NCBI RefSeq assembly: GCF_031769215.1
Contig: NW_026782015.1
Span: 1,116,001-1,180,000, forward strand
From: Ylistrum balloti
Lineage: Eukaryota
Reading direction: 5' to 3'
Length of the DNA: 64,000 bases
This document shows positions 27,542 to 39,500 of the stretch, one piece after another. Position 1 is the first letter of the stretch. Each line of letters begins with the position of its first letter. Position numbers and translations under genes: made by a program. Below the pieces are notes generated by a model. The model had not been told where the DNA came from. It did no database searches and saw only the letters and a program-made list of their open reading frames with translations.

Positions 27542-28900
27542 CCCTCCGTGCCACCCCTCCCACCCCCACCCCATCCCACACTCTCTCTCACACATGTCAC
27601 AACACAGATATATGCAAATGTGTATAAACTATTTCTATATATGCTATGTGATGATTATACATTTAAAAGGTATGTATGTCTACTGAATATATACACTCCT
27701 ATATTAGTTCTAATCAGTGCTATTGGAGGTTTGTATGTGTGATTCAATGCTAATACAAGTATGTATGTATGACTTTTATTGTATGTATGTATATTTAATA
27801 CTAGTATGTGTGGTTAGTGTGGTATGTGTAGTGTATATTTAATATTAGTATGCACGTGGTTTGTTTTGTATGTGTGTGGTGTATACTTAATATTGATGTA
27901 TGATCTGTTTTGTACGTGGAGAACAAGAGGTCAACAAAATTTGCCTTCATTTGAAGATTTATGAGAAGCAATGTATTGTTATGCGATTGTGATGATAAAA
28001 CTGAATAAAAAATATAAGTTACAAAAAAAACTTTATTCAAAGGGACCTGAGAAATAAGAACAAGTTCCGGTGGTGAGAAACAGATATATACCCAATTCCG
28101 TATACAGGAACATGAGTTATTGTGTTTAACAGTGGTGAGAACAGGGTACACATCTAACTTCGTACACAGGGACACGAGTTATTGTGTGTAACAGTGGTGA
28201 TAACAGGGTACACATCTAACTTCGTACACAGGGACATGAGTTATTTTTATAACAGTGGTGGGAACAGGGTACACATCTATCTTCGTACACAGGGACATGA
28301 GTTATTGTGTGTAACAGTGGTGAGAACAGGGTACACATCTAACTTCGTACACAGGGACATGAGTTATTGTGTGTAACGGTAGTGAGAACTGGGTACAGAT
28401 CTAATTTCGTACAAATGGACATGAGTTATTGTGTGTAACAGTGGTGAGAACAGGGTACACATCTAACTTCGTACACAGGGACATGAGTGGTACACATCTA
28501 ACTCCGTACACAGGGACACGAGTTATTGTGTGTAACAGTGGTGAGAACGGGGTACACATCTAACTTCGTACACAGGGACACGAGTTATTGTGTGTAACAG
28601 TGTAGAGAACAGGGTACACATCTAATTTCGCACACAGAGACATGAGTTATTGTGTGTAACAGTGGTGAGAACAGGGTACACGTCTAACTCCGTACACAGG
28701 GACATGAGTTATTGTGTGTAACAGTGGTGAGAACAGGGTACACATCTAACTTCTATGCAGGAACTGCGAACTTGTAACAGGTACCAATAGTGAGAAACGG
28801 GTATACATCTTACTTCTTAAACGTGGACATGAGAGCTAAAGGGTAACATGTAACTTTATACACAGGGACCTGAGACATGAATTACATATCCTAGTGGTGA
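26690..28900. repeat. 62-bp minisatellite split by the LINE insertion
   Basis: GTGGTGAGAACAGGGTACACATCTAACTTCGTACACAGGGACATGAGTTATTGTGTGTAACA; homogeneous at 28120-28760, degenerate at 26690-27000. Confidence 0.9.
26999..28041 (+). mobile_element. 5'-truncated non-LTR retrotransposon (L1/Tx1-like ORF2 C-terminus, 3'UTR with (CT)n, AATAAA, A-tail), 13-bp TSD AACTTTATTCAAA
   Basis: 27032-27391 translates EIEIITHI*WECKEVQ..YLFG..IVIKQDIY..KFYKYWKKW (HxxWEC and terminal KW pattern of L1/Tx1 ORF2). AATAAA at 28004-28009; TSD copies at 26999-27011 and 28029-28041. Confidence 0.8.
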
Positions 28901-29059
28901 GTAGCTAACAGACAAATCGAATTTCTCACACAGGCACCCGAGAAAAAGAAAAAGATTTCCCTTTTTGATTTACATTTAGTATACAAACAATTAAGATGAC
29001 CAGCTAATGTAAAAGAGCTGTTCTGTCATTGGTCTATAATTCTGGTACGTCATTTTGAA

Positions 29060-29280
29060 GGGAAGTTTCCTTGTACTTTTATCCGTTCGGCCACCTTACC
29101 GAACTACACTTGCGGATGCTACCCTACTCTGTCATCCAGAGCAAATACTGTGGTTAAGTGTTTCGCCTATAGACACAGCAATCACACAAAGTGGTGTTTT
29201 CAAAGTCACGAGGAGTACAAACCGTGCAGACAGGGATCGAACTACACACCTCAGTAAGACACGAGGTCACTAATTGAGCA
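29060..29280 (-). mobile_element. tRNA-derived SINE remnant with CORE/V-like central domain
   Basis: Minus strand has B-box-like GTTCGATCCC followed by TGTGTCTATAGGCGAAACACTTAACC..TTGCTC, resembling conserved SINE central domains; family not determined. Confidence 0.5.
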
Positions 29281-29639
29281 ATTGTGACCTCCTTATTTTC
29301 AACCAGATACACATCAAATATCCTATGATGTACAATATAAAGTTACAACCTCATTGTTTTCACCCATTTCTTCTGCTATCCATCGGTTACTGAAAGCTGA
29401 TGAAATCCGTGTTCATCTGGATTAACTTCCAATTTGGTACACAGTATAAGCATGCTTTGACGATGAGCACAAACTCTCTATACATTAATGAAAAAAAAAA
29501 GAAACTGTGCATGGGTATAATATGCTATAACTTAGACAGTATATAAGAAATCGTTAAAAATTCAACCGGGTTTTTTATGTGAACTTTATTTAACACCTGG
29601 TCAATTGATATGGTTATTGCATCACCAGTGTCTTGGATA

Positions 29640-29960
29640 GAGGTCAGTTTTCACATACGTTCTCGAAACAAATGTCACAAGGTAAATTGGAGTAAGTGTC
29701 TGAAACGTCCTGTTTAATCTGTATTCGTTACTGTCCGTGCATTTACGTGTATGTCCTTATTTGGTGTTACCTGTTAGGTAGTGTCAGTGTCTGTCCTTAT
29801 ACGGTGTTGTCTTGAGACGTGTACATGTCCAGGTGTGACAGGTGAAGAAGTCGTGCAAGAGTATGTAGGGTAATAAAACTAGGGATACCCCTGGGTGCTG
29901 GGCAGAATCACAGATTAGCCACGTCGCTCTGGACGTCCTCGGAAGTCCAGGCGCCACATA
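29640..29960 (+). mobile_element. Possible second Tc1-like 5' fragment
   Basis: Short RSGRPRK-coding stretch at ~29920-29950 in a GC-richer patch; weak. Confidence 0.3.
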
Positions 29961-30089
29961 TAGCTACGGTTCAGTGACTGACACGACCCGACGGTCGGTG
30001 TAGTGATGTGGTTGAAATCTTAAATCAGGGGTATTAATAAAAAAAAACGTTCAACACACAACGAATTCGAGTTGATGGTGTGACACAAA

Positions 30090-31269
30090 GTTCAGCTCAT
30101 CAATACCGTGCGTGTCCACAATTGGAATCGATGCATGCTCTCAACGGCGCCCATTGATGCAACAAGTGTGCTGAAAAATGCCTGGGGAATACTATTCTAT
30201 ATTTTTACAAGCGAACGTGGCAGGTCAGGTAACGTCAACGGCTGATTTTGGATGCAACGTAAACGACGCTGCATCTTATCCCACACGTGTTTTGCATGCG
30301 ACATATCCGGTGACATTGCAGGTCCAGACAGCACATTCACATTATTCTCGATCAAGTCAGTGACAGCCCGCGCGATGTGTGGGCGAGCGTTATCCTGTTG
30401 AGGCGTGGCGTTACGTTGCTGCACAAATGGAAGGACGTGAGGTTAGATGATTTCGTCACGGTATCGGATGCTTGTAAGTGTGCCAACCACAACCACAAGA
30501 GCTGTTCTACCATGAAATGAGATGACATTCACACCATGACACTACCTCCGCCGAATAGACATCGTTGAATCACACAACTCGCATGGAAACGTTCACCAAC
30601 ACGACACTCTAGAACGACCGTTGCTGCTGTCAAGAATAAACCTGGACTCATCCGTGAAAAGAACACGTGCCCAGTCCTGTCGCGTGATGTGTATGTGTCC
30701 TCTACACCAGGCTAAACGTGCGACATGATGACGTTGCTAGAAAACATGACGTGTGGCTGGACGCCGTTGGTGTATGCCTCGTTCAGGCAATCAATTGCGT
30801 ACCATTCGGGGACTAGTTCTTCTAAGGCCAGGAATACTTCTAGTCGTCAAAGAAGCAGTTCTGAGTTGCTCACGGAGATGAACGACCAGGATACACGTAT
30901 CATAGCGATAAGACGTTGCGCGTGGACGTCCTGGCCGTGGCCGGCCTCTGTTGGGCCCAAACTGTTGGTACCGTCTCCAAAAGGCGTCTGCAGTATTTCG
31001 GTACACAGCAAATTGTCTGCCAACGTCAGTATGGCGTACACCAGCTTCGATCATGGCTACGGCACGTCATCTGTCAGTTTCACTCAACCTTGGCGTATCA
31101 AAGACGTTTTTCAAAATTATTCAGGTTTTGCGTGTTACATGTATTTACATTATGCTTTTACTTAGGTTTAGGGCAACAAACCTGACTGCTGGAAGAAAAA
31201 GAACGTGTATACGATGACGACGTGGGCAAGACAAACAAACTACCCGTGCAACTTATTCGCTGACCAGTG
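30090..31269 (-). mobile_element. Decayed Tc1/mariner DNA transposon
   Basis: Fragments (M)PRLSETDR*RAVAMIEAG..GRPR, LFTDESRF, QQDNARPH..PAMSPD..HVWD with stops and frameshifts. Candidate TIR CACTGGTCAGCGAATAAG.. next to TA at 31270-31271; the other TIR was not found. Confidence 0.88.
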
Positions 31270-31499
31270 TACATGACGGATGCCTGTGTAAAGCTTGAAT
31301 TGATAAAGCTGAGAAACACGTGAACATTTTACTCTTGTACAGTTTAGGATCTAAAAGATGTACAATTTATTATTTAAAATTTTATTTTATCACATTGGTC
31401 CCATATAACACCTCCGTTTGTTATTAAGTCTAATCTGTGAGCTTCCGTTTGCAGTCTAAACGAGGAAGGTTATTTGGGTTTTTGAGCGGTCTGAAGTGG

Positions 31500-32560
31500 C
31501 TAATCCCTTGTCATGATACAGTGTCTCGGCTCAGGATTCAGATGTTTTAAAGTGTGACATAGCAGGATGTCATGATACCCTGCCTACGCATATTATTTGA
31601 ACGTTCTATAGCATAACAGGACAGTATGTCATTAAACCGTGTCTCGGCATATTATTTGGACCTTCTACTGTGTAACTGGACGGGATGTCACCATACCATG
31701 TCCAGGCCCAGGATTCGGACGTTCTATAGCGTAATTGGACGGGACTCGCATATCGAACGCCCGATTCCTGTGGTCCAAGTTATGACATTTCAGTGTGATT
31801 ATACTATTGTACTGATAAATTATCTCGGACGATTCCGTGTCGTGATATTTTATGTCAAGACCAGTTTTCTTGGTCAATTAAGGTTAAGTAAACATAGATG
31901 TCATTGTACCTCAGTAACACGTGTCATACACAAATAGTTACATTTTATATTAAACAATATTCCAATAAAATACTGCTTATTCACTTATAGTTTTCTCATC
32001 TAGTTCATACAAACGACCTGAATAGATGTCTACAGCAAGCTTACTTGTTCGCTAATGTGACCGACTAACACACAGTGTTACCTATGTTAGCACCTCACAT
32101 ACAAGGCTACTTGTGTTAGCACCTCCCACACAAGGCTACTTGTGTCATCACCTCACGCACAAGGCTACATATGTGACCGACTAACACACCAGGCTACTTT
32201 TGTCAGCACTCACACACAAGACTAATGATGCGAGTACTAGTCTACTATCAATCCATGATTTTATTTCGTCATGTTCGTTGACCGATAGACTATTAGCCCA
32301 CGACCAAGACAGAATATATCAGAATCTTCCCACTTATGTGAGCACCTAACACACGGGGCTACTATTGTGATTAAAGTACCTAACGCACGGGGCTACTGAT
32401 GTTATTACCTATATTGTAACACAGAGGCTACTAATAATTGCACAGAACACACATGGCTGCAGATGTGAAAGCCGAACACACCAGCCGTGTACCTAAACAT
32501 GAGCATACTGCTGAGAGTACCTCTTACACGAGGCTGCTGATTTGAGCATCTAATACAACT
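31500..32560. repeat. Two degenerate tandem repeat patches (31500-31860 and 32080-32560)
   Basis: Recurrent GGACGTTCTATAGC and CACACAAGGCTACTTGTG..AGCACC motifs. Confidence 0.6.
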
Positions 32561-32853
32561 GATGAGTACCAAACACAGGAAGCTGCAAATATACGAGACT
32601 TCCGAGAACCCAACAGACTACTGATATAACAGATGACCTAGTTATGTCCCCTGATGGTTCTTTATTCTCTGATTAAGAAATGATGGTTATACTCAATAAC
32701 AAATTCTGTAGTCTGATGAAAAAGATAACACAGTTCTTCATAGCACGATTAAGTAATGACAGATTATTCTTCCTTTCTTTAGTACGTCCCCCAACACACT
32801 TTGCACTTCTTTAAAAAGATAAAGGCAACACAGTGACATCCCCTGACAGATTC

Positions 32854-32859
32854 TTTATT
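32854..32859 (-). terminator. Polyadenylation signal (AATAAA) of RPS18
   Basis: TTTATT on + strand ~22 nt past the RPS18 stop. Confidence 0.65.
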
Positions 32860-32880
32860 AGTTTTAAGTAATCACATAAT

Positions 32881-35800
32881 TTACTTCTTCTTGGCCACTC
32901 CAACAGTTCTTCCTCTCCTGCCAGTTGTCTTGGTGTGCTGTCCACGCACCCTCAGACTGGAAAAAAATGAAAACACTAAATTAGCCACTTTCTACATAAA
33001 GACAAAATTTTACAAACTTATATCAATCTTTACCAGCCAAGGTCAAAGATACTCTATTTAACCACTGTCAGTTACATTTTATGGTTGATAATATTAATGT
33101 CTGATCTTACCCCCAGTAGTGTCGGAGACCTCTGTGTGCCCTAATCTTCTTTAGTCTTTCAAGATCCTCACGGAGCTTGTTATCAAGGGCATTGGACATG
33201 ACCTGGCTGTATTTACCATCTTTGACATCCTTCTGTCTGTTCAGGAACCAGTTAGGGATTTTGTACTGGCGGGGATTGGACATAATTGTGATCACTCTCT
33301 CAATCTGAAATGTAGAATTATTGATATTTTAACACATACAAACATGGTCAGTATTCTGATATTGAGAATAAATATTTCTACAAAGCTACAAATAAGTCAC
33401 AAACCAAACTTTTAACCGGAATGAACTTGGGTTACAATGATCTATCCTCTAGGTTGGTCTGCTTCAATCCCATTGACTTTACCCATCGCTAGGTATATAC
33501 ATTTTTATTCAAAATATTATCAAAACTCGCAATGGTTATCACTTCACAAAATAAATCATAATCATATAAATTCTCCCATACTTAAAACACTTGTCCTGAC
33601 CAAATGTGGTTTTACTAACTCGCCTCCTAATTTCTTTACAAACCAGTCCTTGAAGGGCTAAAAGGTTGAAATTCATCTGAAGACATACACTGTATACTTG
33701 TACTAAGCCGAAGGGGCCAACAGTTGATCTTCCAATCAAGAGGGTGAGTTTATTACAAGACAATAAGAGGAGTGACAATCTACAATTATTTTCAGAAGTC
33801 CCTGTAAACATAATTGCTGAAAGCAGTGGGTCTCTCAATGTAAAAATTCAGTATTTTCAGAATTCTTTGAGTTCGCTCAACATTCTATGACTAAAGGACA
33901 AAGAACTCTTATGCATATTTATCACAAGACAATAAGCCAAGATGGCCAACACACTGTAATAGTATTGGTGTCTTTCAACAGTTAAATTCAATGTTGGGTT
34001 TATCATGAAACATGGGTTTACTATTGGGAAAACTATGGTACTTTGAATACTTCTTTATTGTATATATTCACATTAGCTTTGTTATTCCCAAGGAAAAAAT
34101 TCATATTTGGAGATTGTAATGGACCCAAAAAGCATTAAAACTTTTAAAACATAATATAAAGGGTCTAGTTAAAATATAATGCATGATGACACAAAAGTTC
34201 AAATCCTGGTAGAGTAAATAACATTGTTCTCATTCGTTGTCTCCAAAAGTTACTTTCTTTTTTAGTTTTTACTGTGACATATGATTCATCCCACTAATTG
34301 AATTGCTTACTTCTAAGGGACCTTCTTCCAGGTTCTGCTGTTTTTATATTTTTATCAATTGTACAAAGTACCAGTGTTCAGTGAGGAACAGAAATATTAT
34401 GCACAAAAAAACCCAATGTCAAGTGTACATGGACACTGCATGCATATGAAAGGGACAGACAAGCCAGTAAAATATTAGTTTTAAATCCTATATCAATCAA
34501 AATCGTCTACAAAGAAAGCACAAATACATTTCTTTACTGTCAATTCATAGCAGAATCAATTTCTTATGCTGTCTCCTGTCTTGTGATTGGCAGATAAGAA
34601 GGCTCTGATTTAAATTAATTCCCAACCTAAATAATGTTTGTTTTCATATCATGGGCTTAATCTTTATTGTAACTCATATCTTGTACATTAATATTTTCTC
34701 CGTTAAATATTTTTGTTCACACAACAGCAGAAAAACTTATTGTTATTTACATTTTTTCAATATTCATCATTAAGATTTGTCTGTTTTGAATCATCAGATT
34801 CATTCTCTAAGAAAAGATATCAGGGACTCCAGGGCCATAATTTTGTGCATTCTGCCATATTGTCCTGTCTTGTAGAATTAACTTCAAACCAAAACAATGC
34901 TAGTTTACAACTGATGTGAATCTCAATCTGAATAGTGTCAGAAACATCTAGCCTGACAGTTTTGATAAGATTTTAGTATAATACTTGCTGGTCTCATGAC
35001 CATATGCATGTATAACACTATTTTGAAAGATGGTGACATTATCTATAGCATACAACTTCCACTAGGTGGCATGGATACTTCATTGGAAACTGATTACTCA
35101 AATAAAGTGTATTTCCAGACCTGATATGATCCATCAACCATTACATCACGAAAAAAAATCTTAAAGCAGCAGTTCATTACCTCTTCTTCGCTCAGTTCTC
35201 CAGCACGTTTTGTGATGTCAACATCAGCCTTCTTGCAAACAACATTGGCATACCGCCGACCCATTCCCTACAAGTTAGAAATTCAGAAATTATTACAACA
35301 CAACCAGAAGTAATTTTATGACTAAGGCTTATTTGATTCCTTTTATATTTGCCAAAAAAAAAAATCAATGACAATACAAACAATAAAGGTATAATTTCTG
35401 TTCAATAAAGTTTTTAAATGTTATTTAAAAACAACCTTTTTAGTTGCAAAAACATGGATGAAGTTGATGAATATTCTATTTTGATTTTTCATTTGATTAA
35501 CTGATTAACTCAACTATCTTTCAAATGCAGGACTATCACCCATATTCAGGGTTTTGCCAAATCTGTTATATTGTTACATTCTCCTGAATATAATACAAAC
35601 CTTGATGGCTGTCAAGGCAAACATAATCTTCCTTTTTCCATCAATGTTCGTGTTCATAACACGAAGAATGTGTTGGAACTTCTCAGGGATGATGAGAGCC
35701 TACAACCAAGTAAATAAAAAAACATACATATACAAGCACTGAAAACATGCAGCATCATGTCGAAATTAAATTGTAAATGTGTGTTAACATTCTGTGACCA

Positions 35801-36430
35801 ATATTATTCCTTTAATCAATTTGTCAATTACGTAGTGAAATTCCATACCCTTTTTCACATAGTTGGTAGACTGTCCGATGATATCATGAAGGACATACAA
35901 AAACGATGCAATAGTTACTGAAATTCAAACTTGTATTCTAAAATCAAAGATATCCATCAGCAGGCACTTAGCTCGATGATGAAAAACGAGTATAACATAT
36001 ATCATTTATTTATATAATTATTTTTCATCAGCGAGCCAAGTGCTTGTGATCCTTATATACAGTATATTTCTATAGCTAATGTACACGAAGGAATGAAAAT
36101 ATTATTCCTACCAATATAATACTACATATCATAATTAGCCCAGAATTTTTTTTCAACACACTTAGATGAATATTCAAGCCTGTCATAAACACAGACCGAA
36201 ATCTGTGATACTAAATTGGATCCCTTGTAGTCATGATAATACGGTTCGACACGTTCGTTCGATCAAAAAATTATCTATGAAAACAAGAACATGTTATCGA
36301 AAATGTTATGGATCTTAATAAACCATACATGCTTTCACTTTTTATTAATTTGATAGAGCTAATAGCTTCATATTTCAACGTGATGGGAGCAGATTAATGT
36401 GCTAAACCCTTAGCAGTAAACACTAACCAT
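32881..36430 (-). CDS. RPS18: 40S ribosomal protein S18 (uS13), 152 aa. Exons: 36428-36430 (ATG only), 35601-35699, 35181-35267, 33111-33304, 32881-32956
   Basis: Spliced translation [122 protein letters not shown]; 459 nt total, all GT-AG. Confidence 0.99.
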
Positions 36431-36546
36431 GATGGCGGATTACCGGAAAAGGAAGTCAAGATAGTGAAAATGCTTGATCTGAAAAATGTTTGCATTGGTC
36501 GAATTCGTGATGTATACATCAGACTGATCCAGATGAAGTTGGTGAC
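36431..36546. promoter_or_regulatory. Bidirectional promoter region shared by RPS18 and VPS52
   Basis: 116 bp between divergent ATGs. Contains GATGGCGG (YY1-like), CCGGAA/GGAAGT (ETS-like), ATTGG (CCAAT reverse) and the 14-bp palindrome TGATGTATACATCA. Confidence 0.75.
36445..36455 (-). promoter_or_regulatory. 5'TOP/TCT pyrimidine tract of RPS18 (CTTCCTTTTCC)
   Basis: Pyrimidine tract 14 nt upstream of the RPS18 ATG, as typical of ribosomal-protein transcription starts. Confidence 0.75.
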
Positions 36547-39500
36547 ATGGCGTCAACTGCTGCGGAGCAAAATAAGGTAAGAACACCAACTCATTCTTTT
36601 GCATACTCTTATGTAGGAAATTTTCACATGTTGTAGCATTTACCCAATAAGAATCAATACATGAGCTTCAGTACAGGTACTAAGTAACAGAGTAACATGT
36701 ATATGTTCAGGTCCCGATAATGACGTTCAGAGAAGTCTAATGTAAACATAGCAAGACAAGTGCTGTACTGTATATATATTGGTTTCTTGATCGATAGGAT
36801 TAAACACACTTGCATTCAAACCCAAATCCTTAAATCCATGTTTGTACAAGGCAAACTAATGACGTAAAAAGAGCAGATCGGCGTGTCTTGTATTTCAAAG
36901 TGTTCAAGTAAAATGTTCGGTACAACCATTGATGTGAGTAATAGTTATGCATTCGAGGGATAGTTACCGCTTTGAGTAATCAATTAGTTCCGCATATACA
37001 GTGTCATTGGAAATAGAAACACATAAAGTCCTTGTAAACATTTGCAACAAAAAGGTGTCATATCTTTTCAAAACAATAAGCAATGCAATCTTGTACATTA
37101 ATAATAATATACATTGTCACATTTGCAGTTTGATGATGTTAAAGATATGACACCTTTTTAGTTGCACTTCTTTTAAAACAAACTTTATATATTTCTTTTT
37201 GAGAATAATCCTGTATTTAAATAACTAACTGATTACTAAGCCGATGGAGCATGTTGGTAGAAACAGCCGATAGTAGATTGACCTGGGTTTGATTACTGGT
37301 TGGGGCATTTCATAGGAATGTGTGTTTTCCTTGTTCTTTCACGATGATAATTCATGTAAAAATACTTTTAACTGAAGTTAGTACAAATATTGAAAATAAG
37401 CCCACTACCCCAATGCAATATAATGTACATTGTAAGAATCATTGTGTTGAATAGAGATACAATATAACACAGCCAATCCAAAGTGTAAACATTGGTCTGC
37501 CAATCAATGTTTAATGTTAATAGGACTGCAGAACACAATTCTCTTACTGTGATATTGTTTTATGCATATATACTATAGGACCTTGCTGACAATCTTCAGT
37601 TAAATCTTGGTGAGCTGGACTTAACTTCAGAAGATTTTTGGCTGGAGGAAGCTGATGGTGAGTATCAGTGAAATGGTTGACTGGAGATAACGAATGGTGA
37701 GTATCACTAAAATGGTTGACTGGAGATAACGAATGGTGAGTATCAGTGAAATGTTTGGTAGGAGGAAACTGACAGTGATTACCATTAAAATGGTTGATTA
37801 GTGGAACCTAATGTTGAATGATAGTAAAATGGTTGACTGGAAGAAGCTGATAGTGAATACCAGTAGAATTAGATGACTACCAGTAAATGTTGCTTGGCTG
37901 TAGGATTATTCGTAGGTGGTATAATTCCTTGGTTGCAGGATTGGAAGGTAATTTTCAGAATGTTGGATGGTGTGTAATTACTTGACTGTAGAAATATTTG
38001 ATTTCAGGAAACTGACTGGGTATAACAAATTTTTGGAGAAAAGTTTTATGACAATATTTGAGGTGGATCACTGGCCTCTGACTCTGAATAGTAGAAGGGT
38101 TTTAAATACTTTTGAATTCTCTGGATGTAATGTTTATCGAAATACATGTAGCTCCTCTAAGTCTTTGTGACATTTCATTCTCAGCCTGGGAGACAAACAA
38201 TTCAATACATCTACACAAGGAATTACAGGTAGACAAATAGAAGAATTAAGATACTGGAAAATAGTGGCGGTGTATTCCCTTCACAACTCTTTGTAAAGAG
38301 ATATAAAGAGTTGGTCAGTTTGAATTGGTGTTATAAATGATTAAATAACTGATTTGATTCTATTTTCAGTACATATTCAACAGAATTTGGAAGATGACAT
38401 TGTTAAAGAAGCCCTCAACACTGTAAGTTAATCATCAGTCTTGGATCGCCTTCAGTGAAACTCTCCTAAGATTCACACACATGAAATCAATAGATTTCTT
38501 CTACTTCAAATTGTAGCCTGACAGGCCACTCAAAATGTTACCTTTGCAGGCTGAACTAAAATTTTCTAGAACTACAATATCTGGTTTTGAGGATGATATA
38601 AGAAGTAAGGTTTGTTTAAACTTATAAAGTGATATTTTCTTAGGGATCGGATGGTATAATATGTTTTAAATTTATGTGATATATAATATGTAATACATAT
38701 TTGTCATCATCAGACCATATCAGGGATACATAGCTGTATTTTGTGTTATAATCTGAGCAGGTGAAAGGCATACAAATTTGGAATATTGACAAAGGGAGAC
38801 AATTCTTACATGTTTTTATTTAAGTTGAGGACAATTAGTTGCATTTTGACCTATTCCTTTTCCAAGTCGAAATTGTATGTTATATTGCACATTTTTCCCA
38901 TTTTGATAAAGCAAAAGTTAATTCAGCTTTCATAAATAATGTAGAATCAATGCATTGTTCCCCTTACATTTCAATACTTTCATACAATTGGTACAAGAAT
39001 ATTTTTGGAGAAGTGTATAAAATTGACCTTAAGTCTAATTCTTGTGTGGATTAAGATAGGTGCATGTAGACATTGAAGAAGTTTTTCTTCTAATGTGATT
39101 TAGGGGGTTGACTTGAGGCAGTATTCCAAACAAGTGGAGAAAGAACTACTGGATGTGGAGAATGCCTCCATACAGGACTGTATCCTTGTCAGACTGTTTA
39201 ACATTGGAGAAATTTTAATTTACATCAGAGTAACTTGATTCATATTAAATTAGCTGATACATATAAGATTAAATTGATTCCCTTTTCTGTGATACTTTAA
39301 AGTAACATTTACAGAGGATTTTTTTATCCTCTCAAATGAATCTTAATCCATTTCCCTGATTTACTGTCTACAAGGAAATATTTTCTAAAGTCTCTTGTTT
39401 TTTGCCTTTTGCCCACAGGACAAAAATAGTTGAAATTTAACTCTGGTAAAAAGATGGAGGAAAAACCATGGCAAGTCGATTTTTCCCATATATAGTATTT

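Noticed and set aside
28060-28760. Regular repeats that could be mistaken for CRISPR arrays (also 40270-41430, 63075-64000)
   Set aside because: Head-to-tail units with no unique spacers, no cas genes, eukaryotic context.
33601-33735. Possible H/ACA snoRNA in RPS18 intron 3 (GAAGAT/GTCTTC stem, AGATGA H-like box, ACA-TTT)
   Set aside because: The second hairpin has no convincing lower stem and pocket spacing fits poorly; needs snoReport/Infernal before any call.
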